NCBI GenBank assembly: GCA_963845565.1 | Contig: CAWJSJ010000002.1 | Location: forward strand, 1-64,000 | Length of the DNA stretch: 64,000 bases | From: an uncultured Methylomirabilota bacterium | GTDB taxonomy: Bacteria; Methylomirabilota; Methylomirabilia; Methylomirabilales; 2-02-FULL-66-22 | Direction of reading: 5' to 3' | Shown here: piece after piece, positions 30,474-40,817 of the stretch | Layout: each line of letters starts with the position of its first letter | Numbering within the stretch: the first letter of the stretch is position 1 | Notes under the pieces: model-generated | Seen by the model: the letters and a program-made list of their open reading frames with translations, nothing else | Database searches by the model: none | Told to the model about the DNA's origin: nothing | Program-made: the position numbers and the translations under genes

Positions 30474-31445
30474 GCCAGAAGCTGCTGGAGAGTGAGGGGT
30501 CTGGTCAAGCACTTCCCCCTGGAGGGCAGCCGGGAGGTCGTGCACGCCGTGGACGGGGTTGACCTCCACGTGCTCCAGGGGGAGACCCTCGGCCTGGTGG
30601 GCGAGTCGGGCTGCGGCAAGACCACGGTCGGGCGCCTGGTGCTGAAGCTGCTGGATCCGACTTCCGGGCAGTTCTGATGGACGGGAAGGACCTGGTTCGC
30701 CTGTCCGGAGGCGAGATGCGACGGATGCGCGCCCGAATGCAGGTCGTCTTCCAGGATCCCTTCTCCTCGCTCAATCCCAGGATGACGATCCAGACCCTCC
30801 TGGAACGGCCGATGAGACATCCACCTGAAGCTCTCCGGCAGCGAGCGCCAGGCGGCACGGATGAGCGACCTCCTGGAGAAGGTGGGACTGAGGACCGAGC
30901 ACCGGGGCCGCTATCCCCACGAGTTCAGCGGAGGGCAGCGCCAGCGCATCGCCATCGCCAGGGCCCTGAGCGTGAATCCCGAGTTCATAGTGCTGGACGA
31001 GCCGACCTCGGCCCTCGACGTCTCGGTGCAGGCGCAGATCCTGAATCTGCTGAAGACGCTCCAGCGGGATTTCGGGCTCACCTATCTGTTCATATCCCAC
31101 AACCTGTCGGTCGTGCGGCACATGAGCGACCGGATCGCGGTGATGTACCTGGGGCAGCTGGTGGAGGTGGCCGAGCGGGAGCGCCTTTTCTCGGTGCCGA
31201 TGCACCCCTACACCCGCGCCCTCATCTCGGCAATTCCGGCGCTGAAGCCCCAGGACCGGCGCGAGCGCATCAGGCTCGTCGGGGACGTGCCGAGCGCGAT
31301 AAAGGTGCCCACGGGCTGCCGCTTCCATACTCGCTGCCCCTATGCCCAGGAGATCTGTCGCAAGGAGGTACCGGTTCTGCGGGAGATGGGCAAGGACGGC
31401 GAGTCTCCCCACCAGGTGAGGTGCCACTTCGCGGGGGAGATATAG
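30470..31445 (+). CDS. Peptide ABC ATP-binding protein (DppF-like), frameshifted
   Basis: [47 protein letters not shown]. Confidence 0.9.
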
Positions 31446-31580
31446 AAGCCGAGGAGTACTATCAGCCATCAAGAGCACAAGCGACACAAGGTTGGGCTAG
31501 ACCGGTCCATGAATCGTAGGCTGAGAGCCTTGTGCACTGGCTGATGTTGCTTCCAGCGGAACTTAGCGGAGGTGAAGATC

Positions 31581-32687
31581 ATGAGGCGGCGGGCCGACGT
31601 ATCCTCCCTGGGACACGGCAAGGTGCTCTACCTGAAGGGGAGTCACTACGAGCAGGGCAAGCAGCTGGGCAGGGGCGCCGCGGAGCTGATCCGCGAGAAT
31701 CTGCTGCGCACGCGGACCCAGCGGGCCGAGGTTAACTCCGGCCGGGACCAGACCGACTACGACGCCGTGACCCGCAAGAACGAAGCGTGGGTGGCCCGGG
31801 AGTTTCCGGAGCTGCTGGAGGAGGTGAGGGGGATAGCCGAGGGCGCCGAGGTGGACTAACTGCCGAGCTCCTCAGCATGAACCTCAACTCCCAGCTCTCC
31901 TACGTCTGGTCGACCGTTGAGCAGTGCACCCAGGTCCTGGCCATGGGACCGGCGACGGTGGACGGCAAGACCTACATCGGCAAGACCAGGGACCTGGCCA
32001 GGGGGCCGGTTCTCCAGGTGGTGCTCCACCGGGAGTACGAGGACGGCGGCTTCACCAACGAGATGAAGACCGCCGGGCGCATGACCATCCTGGACGGGGT
32101 GAACCAGCACGGGGTATCCCTCACCTGCAGCGGCCAGTGGTCGCCCAGGGTCCGAGTGGACGTGTCCCGGGCCGGCTCCGCCTGGCTGCTGCTGAACCTC
32201 CAGCCCATTCTGCGCTACGCGAAGAGCGCGGAGGAGGCGGTGCGAATGATCGAGGAGCAGCCGCGGGCCAGCGGGATGAATGTCCTGGTCGCCGATCCCG
32301 AGAGGGCCTTTGCCGCTGGAGGTGACGGACAAGGTGGTGCGGGTCCACGAGCCTGAGAACGGCATTCTCGTCCGGACCAACCACTTCTTCGCGCCCGACC
32401 TCCAGGAGATCGCCCCGACCCGGGAGGAGTACCGCGGCACCTACGACCGGCACGCCAGGGCGAGCCAGATGGCCCGGGAGCGCCATGGGAGCATCGGCGC
32501 CCACGACATCCTGCGCATCCTCAGCGACCACTCGGAGCTGCCGGTGGAGAGCATCTGCCGGCACGGCCTGGAGGGCCAGTCGAGAACCTGGGGCGCCACC
32601 ATCAACTGCCCCCAGGATCGCACCATGTCGGTGATCCTCGGCAACCCCTGCGAACAGATCCAGGCTGTGGGATGCCCGGGGGAGTAG
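31581..32687 (+). CDS. C45 family Ntn-hydrolase (autoproteolytic acyltransferase/hydrolase), frameshifted
   Basis: GSHYEQGKQLG, EEVRGIAEGA, Cys nucleophile EQ-CT, ATVDGK, GVNQHG, RTNHF. Confidence 0.82.
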
Positions 32688-32711
32688 GGAGCATGGAATG
32701 GAGTAGTCGCC

Positions 32712-33368
32712 ATGACTGACGAACTCGTTGAGCGCTTCCGGACTATTCCCCCCGCCACCATTGGCCACGTACTCGCCGAGGGCTTCATGGACACGGCCCT
32801 GCGGCCCATCTTCGGGCCGGTCAGCATCGTGGGCCGCGCCGTGACCGTGCGGATGCCCCGGGGCGACAGCGCCCTGACCCGGCCCGCCATCCGGGCGCTC
32901 CAGCCCGGGGATGTCTTGGTGATCGCCCAGGGCGGGGACACCCAGGTGGCCAACTGGGGCGAGATGACCTCGCTGGGAGCCAAGATGCGCGGGGCAACCG
33001 GCGTCATTCTCGATGGATCGGTCACCGACGTGGTGGAGATCCGACAGCAGGGGATGCCCACCTTCGCCCGCTCCATTTCCGCCCGGGTGGGACGGCGGTT
33101 GGGGCTGCCGGGTGGCGCCATCAATGAGCCGGTGGAGTGCGGGGGTGTCCTGGTCCGCCCAGGGGACTTGGTGCTCGCCGACGATAACGGGATCGTGGTC
33201 ATGTCGTCCCAAGTAGCGGAGGAGATCTACTCCGCCGCACGCAAGGCGGAGGATCGCTCCCCCCTCGTGCGGCAATGGCTCCAGAGCGGCGGGGACCTGG
33301 CGGAGGCCTCCGGCAAGGACCCTGCCGAGCTGGTGGACCTGTTGCGTCAGCGGAATTGCGTCAGGTGA
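32712..33368 (+). CDS. RraA family / HMG-CHA aldolase-like protein
   Basis: VGRAVTV, GDVLVI, WGEM, DGSVTD, VECGGVLVRPGDLVLADDNG. Confidence 0.9.
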   Translation: MTDELVERFRTIPPATIGHVLAEGFMDTALRPIFGPVSIVGRAVTVRMPRGDSALTRPAIRALQPGDVLVIAQGGDTQVANWGEMTSLGAKMRGATGVILDGSVTDVVEIRQQGMPTFARSISARVGRRLGLPGGAINEPVECGGVLVRPGDLVLADDNGIVVMSSQVAEEIYSAARKAEDRSPLVRQWLQSGGDLAEASGKDPAELVDLLRQRNCVR

Positions 33369-33473
33369 GGTCGTGACGGTCGTTCGCGACCCCGCCGTCC
33401 GCCAGCCCCTCGGCGATCGTCGGCGCAATGCGAAGCGCGCCGGCGAATCCGGTTGCCGACGACAGGAGAACTC

Positions 33474-34514
33474 ATGGGGATGAAAGACACGAAGCTCGTC
33501 CTTCTGATTACCAGCTATCTCGAGCCGGAACACGTCGACCGCATCCGCCAGGTCGATGAGCGCCTGGAGGTGATCTACGAGCCACAACTGATGAGGCCAC
33601 CCAGGTACGCGGCCGACCACAACGGCGACCCCACATTTCAGCGCACTCCGGAGCAAGAACAGCGCTGGCGGGGACTGCTCGCCCGCGCGGATATCCTCTT
33701 TGACATCGACCCGACGCACCGCCCGGACCTTCCGGACCGTGCTCCCAATGCCCGCTGGGTCCAGGCGACCAGCTCCGGGATCGGCGAGCTGATCAAGAGG
33801 AACTGCTACGACACGCGGATGCCGACGACCGTGTTCACCACGGCCAGCGGCGTGCACGGCAGACCGCTGGCCGAGTTCGTGGTGATGGCGATGCTGATGC
33901 ACTACAAGGGGGCGCTTCGCATGCTCGAGGCGCAACGGCGCACACACTGGGAGCGCTACGCAGGCACCGACCTGGAAGGGCGCACCCTGGCCATTGTGGG
34001 TCTGGGGCGGGTCGGCAAGACGATCGCGAACACGTGCCGGGCGCTGGGCATGAGTGTCATCGGCACCGCCCACAGACCCGCACCCGACGTCGTGGATCGC
34101 TACTACGAGCCCAGCCACCTCCATGCGATGCTGCCGCGGGCGGATGTCCTTGTGCTGATCGTGCCCCATACGCCCCAGACGGAAAAAATGATAGGGGCCA
34201 GAGAGCTGGCGCTCTTGCCGCGCGGCGCGTATTTCATCAACATCGCGCGTGGCGCCGTCGTCGACGAATCCGCCCTCGTCGAGGCGCTGCGCTCCGGCCA
34301 CCTCGCCGGTGCCGCCCTGGACGTCTTTGCCGACGAGCCGCTCCCTTCCCACAGCCCCCTGTGGGAGATGCCCACGGTCGTGGTCAGCCCGCATTCGGCC
34401 AGCACCAGCGACCGGGAGAACCGGCGGATCACGGATCTCTTCTGTGACAATCTGCGCCGCTATCTGGCTGGACAGGAGCTGCGAAACGTCCTGAATCCGC
34501 ACCGCATGTATTAA
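33474..34514 (+). CDS. D-2-hydroxyacid dehydrogenase
   Basis: GLGRVG, PHTPQT, INIARG, ALDVFADEPL, SPHSA. Confidence 0.92.
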   Translation: MGMKDTKLVLLITSYLEPEHVDRIRQVDERLEVIYEPQLMRPPRYAADHNGDPTFQRTPEQEQRWRGLLARADILFDIDPTHRPDLPDRAPNARWVQATSSGIGELIKRNCYDTRMPTTVFTTASGVHGRPLAEFVVMAMLMHYKGALRMLEAQRRTHWERYAGTDLEGRTLAIVGLGRVGKTIANTCRALGMSVIGTAHRPAPDVVDRYYEPSHLHAMLPRADVLVLIVPHTPQTEKMIGARELALLPRGAYFINIARGAVVDESALVEALRSGHLAGAALDVFADEPLPSHSPLWEMPTVVVSPHSASTSDRENRRITDLFCDNLRRYLAGQELRNVLNPHRMY

Positions 34515-34566
34515 GGGCGTCGTGGGTGGTGGTCCGGCCAAAGGTAACATCACCGAAGGAGGTCCC

Positions 34567-35376
34567 ATGAACAAACATCTGCTGTCCCGGTTGACCTGGG
34601 TCGAGGCCCGCGAGGCAGCGGCCCAAAAACGCGTCATGATCCTGCCGGTCGGAACGACCGAGAATCAGAGCCTGCATAATCTGCTCGGCTACGACCACAT
34701 CGTCGCCGAACGCCTCGGCGAGGCCGTGGCCCAGCGCACGGGCAGTCTCCTGGCCCCGACGATCCCCTATGGATGCTCCCAGATGTTCCGCGACTACCCC
34801 GGCACGGTGGTGTGGGGCTTTGACACCCTCGCGGCCGCCTTGCGTGACACGATCGGAAGTTTTCTGCGGCACGGCTTCACCCACGTTCTGCTTCTCAACA
34901 ACCACTTCCCCAACGAGCCGGCGGTCGAGGTGGTGGCCCGGGAGTTGCGAGCCATGGACGGGGCACTCATCGCCTCCATCATCCCGCATAAACTGGCCCG
35001 GGACCTGAGCAAGGACTTGTATGTCGGTCACCCGGACGCGGTTGTCCACGGCAGCGACCCGGGAACGTCGCTCATGCTCTACCTGGTCGGCGAGGACATG
35101 CGGATGGACGCCGTCCAAAAGGTCAAGACCCTCACGCTTCAGGGGCTGACCCCCGAGACGCCCAACAGCGTTAAGTTCCAGGACAGCACGGTCAACATCT
35201 ACATGGACATGCAGGACATGCATCCATATGGCGGCACGGGGGACGCCCTCTTTGCCTCCGCGGACAAGGGGGAGACGATCTTCAATCGCATGGTGGATTT
35301 CGTGGCCGCGTTCGTGGAGAAGTTCAAGACCATGGACCCGCGGGCCAAGACGACCGTCACTGATCAGCTTTCCTGA
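34567..35376 (+). CDS. Creatininase family protein (divergent motifs)
   Basis: LTWVE, LPVGTTE, PTIPYG.S, YPGT, NNH..N, HGSDP, G..GD..ASADKGE. Confidence 0.85.
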   Translation: MNKHLLSRLTWVEAREAAAQKRVMILPVGTTENQSLHNLLGYDHIVAERLGEAVAQRTGSLLAPTIPYGCSQMFRDYPGTVVWGFDTLAAALRDTIGSFLRHGFTHVLLLNNHFPNEPAVEVVARELRAMDGALIASIIPHKLARDLSKDLYVGHPDAVVHGSDPGTSLMLYLVGEDMRMDAVQKVKTLTLQGLTPETPNSVKFQDSTVNIYMDMQDMHPYGGTGDALFASADKGETIFNRMVDFVAAFVEKFKTMDPRAKTTVTDQLS

Positions 35377-35390
35377 TCGAGGAGGATTCC

Positions 35391-36404
35391 ATGCCACCGC
35401 ACACGCTTCCGGCATTCTTGAAGGCTGCCGTGGTGATCGACGGCTCGTTATCCGGGGTCTCGTCCATGCCGTTCCTGCAGGAATTGATTGACGGTGGATT
35501 CCACGCCGCCAACTGGACGGTGGCCGGCGGGTACGGCGACGGCACGTTGAGCACGTTGGCCAAGATCGCCGAGCGATACTCCTTGATGGAGCAGCATTCC
35601 GACAAGCTTCTGTTGGTGGAGCGCACGGCGGACATCGAGCGGGCCAAGCGCGAGGGGAAACTCGGCGTGATCCTGGGCTTCCAGGGGATCGAGACGCTGG
35701 AGGGGCGTTTCCATCTTCTCGCCATCTACCACAAGCTCGGCGTCCGGGTCGTCGGCCTCACGTACAACAACCGGAACGTGGTCGGCTCCGGCTGCCTGGA
35801 GCCGGACGACGGCCGCCTGACGCGCTTCGGAATCGAGGTTGTCCGCGAGATGAACCGACTGGGAATCCTGGTGGATCTCACGCACGTCGGAAACCGGACC
35901 AGCCTGGAGGCCGCCGCAGCCTCCTCCGCGCCCGTCGTCTTCTCCCACTCCAACGCCAAGGCCGTCCGCGACAACCCGCGCAATCTGACCGACGAGCAGA
36001 TCAAGGCCTGCGCGGCCACGGGGGGCGTGGTCGGCATCGCGACCTTCGCCGACTTCGTGGGCGACACGGCGGGCGGGCGGCGTCCCACGCTGGACGAGTA
36101 TTTCCGGCATATCGATCACGTGGCCCAGCTCGTCGGCCTAGATCACGTGGGCATTGGGACCGACATTTTCGCCGACCCCACCCACGGAACCTGGTGGAAC
36201 AGCAACACCCGGATGCGCTACCCCGAGATCTGTGGCGGCATGACCTACGAGACGCACGGCCTCGCCGGCTTCGAGCACCACACCGAGTTCGGCGCCGTGG
36301 TGGAAGCCATGATCGCGCACGGCTATTCGGAGAGTGACATTCGCAAGATCGCAGGCGAGAATTGGATGCGGGTGTTCCGGAAGGCCTGGGGGGCAGGCTG
36401 CTGA
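35391..36404 (+). CDS. Membrane dipeptidase family (M19) amidohydrolase
   Basis: LGVRVVGLTYN, MNRLGILVDLTH, FSHSN, RNLTDEQI, HVGIGTD, GENWMRV. Confidence 0.9.
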   Translation: MPPHTLPAFLKAAVVIDGSLSGVSSMPFLQELIDGGFHAANWTVAGGYGDGTLSTLAKIAERYSLMEQHSDKLLLVERTADIERAKREGKLGVILGFQGIETLEGRFHLLAIYHKLGVRVVGLTYNNRNVVGSGCLEPDDGRLTRFGIEVVREMNRLGILVDLTHVGNRTSLEAAAASSAPVVFSHSNAKAVRDNPRNLTDEQIKACAATGGVVGIATFADFVGDTAGGRRPTLDEYFRHIDHVAQLVGLDHVGIGTDIFADPTHGTWWNSNTRMRYPEICGGMTYETHGLAGFEHHTEFGAVVEAMIAHGYSESDIRKIAGENWMRVFRKAWGAGC

Positions 36405-36554
36405 AAACGGCCCATCTGTCCGCCTCAGACGGATTGGCCTGCTTAGGCGCTCGTTGCGGCGTACCTGGAGTACGCCTCACTCGGCCTTGCGCGTCCCGCC
36501 TTGCATCTGGACCTTTTTGAGCAGCCTGAGAGAAAGCGGGTTTTTCAGTAGCCT
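36394..36554. mobile_element. MITE-like element (family C) overlapping the dipeptidase stop codon
   Basis: Left end CAGGCTGCTGAAAA; inverted copies TTTTTGAGCAGCCTG (ends 36528) and TTTTTCAGTAGCCT (ends 36554); internal hairpin GGCGTAC-N4-AGTACGCC. Confidence 0.75.
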
Positions 36555-36575
36555 TTCGAAGGAGGAGGAACGAGC

Positions 36576-38105
36576 ATGGCGAAGCGACTGCTGTTGGTGC
36601 TGCTGGCGGTGGTTCTGCTGATACCCGTCCTGACCGAGGCCGGGGCGCCCAAGGCGGGGGGCACGCTGAAGTACGCAATGCTTCGCGACCCTACCGGCTG
36701 GGATCCTCACATCAACCAGGGCCAGACCACATATACCTTCATGGTCAGCATTTACGAGCCCCTGATCCGCTATTCGCTCAAGGGAACGCTCGAGCCGGCG
36801 CTAGCGGTCAAGTGGGAGAACCCCGATCCCACCACCTACCTCCTGACCCTGCGGCAGAACGTGAAATTCCACAGCGGGAACCCCTTCACCGCCGAGGACG
36901 TGAAGTTCAGTATCGAGCGCATTCTGGACCCGGCCACCACGGCCACCCGCTCCAAGGAGTTCTCGGTGGTGCAGAGCGTCACGATCGTGAACCCGTCCAC
37001 GGTGAAGATCACTCTGAAGAAACCAGACGCGCCCTTCCTCGAGTTGCTCGCGGCCGCCGAGGCCATGATGGTCGACAAGAAGTGGGCCCAATCCGGCGGC
37101 AATTTCAAGCAGAGTGCCAGCGGGACCGGGCCCTTCAAGCAGGGGCCCTTCGAGGCCGGCGCCCGGTATGTGCTGCTGAAGAATCCCGACTACTGGGAGC
37201 AGCCCTTTCCCTATTTCGACCGGATCGAATACGCCTCCATCCCCAAGGACGAGGTCCGCATGCAGGCCCTGCAGACGGGCAGCGTGGACATGACGGAATA
37301 CATTCCCTGGCAGTACATCAAGACCCTGGAGAAGGACCCGAACGTCCGGGTCCTCGTGGGCCACGACACCTTCAACGTCATCCGCCTCAACCCCAAGCGG
37401 CCCCCCTTCGACAACGTGAAGGTGCGCCAGGCCTTCAACTATCTAATCGATCGCAAAGAGGTCATCGATCTGGCCTGGGGCGGCCTGAGCCGGCCCATGG
37501 AGGCGGCCCTGATCCCCGAGGGCCACTGGGCGTATCCGGGCCTGAAGGTCTGGAACTACGACCTCGCCAAAGCCAAGCGGCTCCTCGCCGAGGCGGGCGT
37601 GAACCCGGCGACCACCAGGATCGTCTTCGACTCGACCACCCTGTCGGTCCACATGGACGACGCCCAGATCATCGTGGGACAACTCCAGAAGGCGGGGTTC
37701 ACACAGGTCGAGTTGAAGCCCATGGACGTCCCCACGCAGCAGAAGAAGCGGGTCAGCGGCGACTACCAGATGTTCATCGACGGCTTCAGCCTCCCTTGGC
37801 CAGATCCGGATTTCTACACCGTCTGGTTCAGCAGCGGCGGTCCCTTGTATGCCAAGTCCACGGGATTCGCGGATGACGCCCTGGACAAGCTCTTGGAAGG
37901 GGGGCGGACGACGCTGGATCCGGCCAAACGCAAGGCCATCTACGCCCAGGTCGAGCAGCGCCTGACCGACTTGGCCCCGTGGGTGTTCCTCCACTGGCGG
38001 CCGATGGGTGAGGCGTTCCGCGCCAACGTCAAGGGGTATACCCGCCTCCCGGGCGCCCTCGGCAGCAAAAGTCTGGGCGGCCTCAAATACGTCTGGAAGG
38101 AGTAG
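36576..38105 (+). CDS. Peptide/nickel-type ABC substrate-binding protein (family 5)
   Basis: Signal peptide; GGTL, WDPH, VKFHSG, GTGPF, NPDYW, PFDNVKVRQA. Confidence 0.93.
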   Translation: MAKRLLLVLLAVVLLIPVLTEAGAPKAGGTLKYAMLRDPTGWDPHINQGQTTYTFMVSIYEPLIRYSLKGTLEPALAVKWENPDPTTYLLTLRQNVKFHSGNPFTAEDVKFSIERILDPATTATRSKEFSVVQSVTIVNPSTVKITLKKPDAPFLELLAAAEAMMVDKKWAQSGGNFKQSASGTGPFKQGPFEAGARYVLLKNPDYWEQPFPYFDRIEYASIPKDEVRMQALQTGSVDMTEYIPWQYIKTLEKDPNVRVLVGHDTFNVIRLNPKRPPFDNVKVRQAFNYLIDRKEVIDLAWGGLSRPMEAALIPEGHWAYPGLKVWNYDLAKAKRLLAEAGVNPATTRIVFDSTTLSVHMDDAQIIVGQLQKAGFTQVELKPMDVPTQQKKRVSGDYQMFIDGFSLPWPDPDFYTVWFSSGGPLYAKSTGFADDALDKLLEGGRTTLDPAKRKAIYAQVEQRLTDLAPWVFLHWRPMGEAFRANVKGYTRLPGALGSKSLGGLKYVWKE

Positions 38106-38109
38106 CGCG

Positions 38110-38916
38110 ATGGCCAAGACAGAAGTCGCCCGGCTGACCTGGCGGGAGGCCCAGGAGGCCTTCCGGAGGAATCCCGTCATTCTGCTGCCGATGGGTAGTG
38201 TCGAGCAGCACGGCCCGCACGTCCCCGTCGGCGACTACCGGTACGCCACGGAGGTGGCCCTTCGCGTGGCCGAACGGACGGGATCCCTCGTCGCCCCCAC
38301 CGTCCCGTGGGGCTACTCGGAGCACTTCCGGCCGTTCCCCGGAACGTTGTCAGTCCGCCCGGACACGCTGACCGTGCTCCTGGAGGATATCTGCGACGGC
38401 TTCCTGCGCTTCGGACTGGACCACCTGCTTTTCATATGCGGCCACAAGGGGAACATGCCGATCCTGGAGCAGGTCGGACGCCGATTGCGCGAGACGCATC
38501 GGCTGCGGGTTGCCACCATGGAGCCCTGGTCGTGGCTGACCCCGGCCTTCCGACGCGAGGCCTACGGGAACGAGAAGGTCTCCATCGGCCACGGCAGCGA
38601 CCCCATGGGCTCCCTCGCCATGGCGCTGTACCCGGAGGATGTTCGCCGGGACCTCCTCGAACTCGGGCAGCCGCCCACCTTTGCCGGCGTGCCGTTCAAG
38701 TCTTCGTCGCACCTGGAAGTCGACGGGGTTCCGGCCTTCCTGTATTTGGACTTCGACGAGGTGACGCCGAATGGCGTGATGGGCGACCCGCGCGTCTCCT
38801 CGCCCGAGGTGGGCAAGAAGATCCTCGACCACGTCGTGCAGATCGGCGCGCGGTTCGTGGAGTTGTTCGCCAAGCTCCCGACGCGGATCGAAGGCGAGGG
38901 ACCGCGCGCGCTGTAG
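38110..38916 (+). CDS. Creatininase family protein
   Basis: LTWRE, LPMGSVEQHGPH, FPGT, GHKGN, HGSDP, GVMGDP. Confidence 0.92.
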   Translation: MAKTEVARLTWREAQEAFRRNPVILLPMGSVEQHGPHVPVGDYRYATEVALRVAERTGSLVAPTVPWGYSEHFRPFPGTLSVRPDTLTVLLEDICDGFLRFGLDHLLFICGHKGNMPILEQVGRRLRETHRLRVATMEPWSWLTPAFRREAYGNEKVSIGHGSDPMGSLAMALYPEDVRRDLLELGQPPTFAGVPFKSSSHLEVDGVPAFLYLDFDEVTPNGVMGDPRVSSPEVGKKILDHVVQIGARFVELFAKLPTRIEGEGPRAL

Positions 38917-39013
38917 TGGTCCGTCTTCGGGTGGCGGGGCCGGTTGAAAATCGAGGGTTTGAAGCTTGGCCCTGTGCCCAGGGGGCATTCGCCAATCAGA
39001 TCGGGGTCATTCC

Positions 39014-39967
39014 GTGTGGAAGTACCTGCTGCGCCGCGTGAGCTTCTCGGTCGGACTGCTCTTCGTGGTCGCGACGCTCCTCTTCTTTTCGATCCACCTG
39101 CTGCCGGGGGACCCGGTCCTGCTGATCCTGGGCGGGGACAGCGCCCAGCCCACCCCCGAGCAGATCGCCATGGTCCAGGCCAAGCTCGGCCTGGACCGGC
39201 CGCTCTGGGTCCAGTACGCCATCTGGCTCGGGCGCGTCTGTCGGGGCGACCTGGGTCAATCGTTGGTGGACGACCGGCCGGTGGCGCGCGACCTCGCCAA
39301 CCGGCTACCCCGCACGCTCCAACTGGTGATCCCGGCCACGCTCCTCTCCACCGTTCTGGGGGTCTCCCTCGGCATGTTCGCCGCCAGACGCCGGGGCTGC
39401 CTGGCCGACCCGATCGCCTCTTCCACCGCGCTGCTGGGTTTCTCCATGCCGACCTTCGTCGTCGGCATGCTCCTGGTGGCGCTCTTCTCGATCACCCTGG
39501 GCTGGCTTCCCCCCGCCGGATACGTGCCTGCGGGGGAGGACCTCATGGGGTTCCTACGCCACCTGATTCTTCCCGCGCTGGCCCTCGCGGCGGCCCCAAT
39601 GGCGATCACGATGCGGATGACGCGCAGCAGCTTCCTAGAGCAGGCCTCACTGGACTACGTGCGGACGGCTCGTGCCAAGGGCCTCACGGAACCCATGGTG
39701 GCATGGCATCACGTGCTGCGGAACGCCCTCTTGCCCATCGTCACGGTGGTCGGCCTGCAGATCGGCGGCATGTTCGCGGGCGCGGTGCTGGTGGAGTACA
39801 TCTTCTCCTGGCCTGGTCTGAACACGCTCCTCCTCAATTCGATCAGCACCCGGGACTACCCCATCATCCAGGGTGTCGTCCTCTTAGCGGCCGTGCTCTT
39901 TGTCTTCGTGAACCTCGTCACCGATCTCTGCTATGCCGTTATCAACCCCAGGATCCGTTATGAATAG
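39014..39967 (+). CDS. Peptide ABC permease (DppB-like)
   Basis: LPGDP, GLDRP, GDLGQS, DYVRTARAKG, VEYIFSWPG, NPRIR. Confidence 0.93.
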   Translation: MWKYLLRRVSFSVGLLFVVATLLFFSIHLLPGDPVLLILGGDSAQPTPEQIAMVQAKLGLDRPLWVQYAIWLGRVCRGDLGQSLVDDRPVARDLANRLPRTLQLVIPATLLSTVLGVSLGMFAARRRGCLADPIASSTALLGFSMPTFVVGMLLVALFSITLGWLPPAGYVPAGEDLMGFLRHLILPALALAAAPMAITMRMTRSSFLEQASLDYVRTARAKGLTEPMVAWHHVLRNALLPIVTVVGLQIGGMFAGAVLVEYIFSWPGLNTLLLNSISTRDYPIIQGVVLLAAVLFVFVNLVTDLCYAVINPRIRYE

Positions 39968-40817
39968 CCCCTCGGGTCTTCCGTTTCGTGCCTTGCTGCG
40001 GCGCTGGTTCCGCCGCTACGGGCAGATCCTGACCGCGCTCCCCCTCCTCCTGGCACTGGTCGTCTTGGCCCTGGGGGCTCCCCTCCTGCTGGGCCACGAT
40101 CCGAACCGCGTCAATCCGCGCGTCAAGGTCCAGCCGCCCAGCGCCGCCTATCTGCTCGGCACCGACGAATTCGGACGGGACATCCTGAGCCGGCTGGCCC
40201 ACGGGGCCCGGATCACGCTCCTGGTCGCCGTGGCCAGCGTGATCCTGGCGGCGGTAGGCGGCACGCTCCTCGGCACCGTGGCGGCGTATGCGGGCCGGGG
40301 GGCCGAGACGGTCATCATGCGGACGATGGATGGCATGCTCTGCTTCCCGCCGATCCTGCTGGGGATCTTCGTCGTGACCTTCCTGGGGCCGTCGCTCCTC
40401 AACCTCATCCTGATCATCGGCGGGTTGTACATTCCCCGCTTCACCCGGGTCGTGCACAGCAGCACGTTGGCCATTCGCGATCTGGAGTATGTCGAGAGTG
40501 CCCGAGCGCTCGGCGCCTCTTCGCTGCGCATCATCGCGCGGGCCATCTTGCCCGACATCCTGGCCCCCATCTTCGTCCAGGCCTCCCTCGCCGCCGGCCA
40601 CGCTATCCTGATGGAGTCCGGCCTCAGCTTCCTGGGTCTGGGCCCGCCCCCGCCCACCCCGTCCTGGGGCCGCATGGTGGAGCAGTCCGGCCGGTTCATG
40701 CAGCTGAGCATCCTGCCGATCATCTGGCCGTCGGCCGCCATCTCCGTGACCGTCCTCGCCTTCAACCTGCTGGGCGACGGCTTGCGGGACTACCTCGACC
40801 CGCGCTTGCGGAACTGA
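39960..40817 (+). CDS. Peptide ABC permease (DppC-like)
   Basis: LGTDEFGRD, EYVESARALGA, ESGLSFLGLG, FNLLGDGLRD. Confidence 0.93.
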   Translation: MNSPSGLPFRALLRRWFRRYGQILTALPLLLALVVLALGAPLLLGHDPNRVNPRVKVQPPSAAYLLGTDEFGRDILSRLAHGARITLLVAVASVILAAVGGTLLGTVAAYAGRGAETVIMRTMDGMLCFPPILLGIFVVTFLGPSLLNLILIIGGLYIPRFTRVVHSSTLAIRDLEYVESARALGASSLRIIARAILPDILAPIFVQASLAAGHAILMESGLSFLGLGPPPPTPSWGRMVEQSGRFMQLSILPIIWPSAAISVTVLAFNLLGDGLRDYLDPRLRN

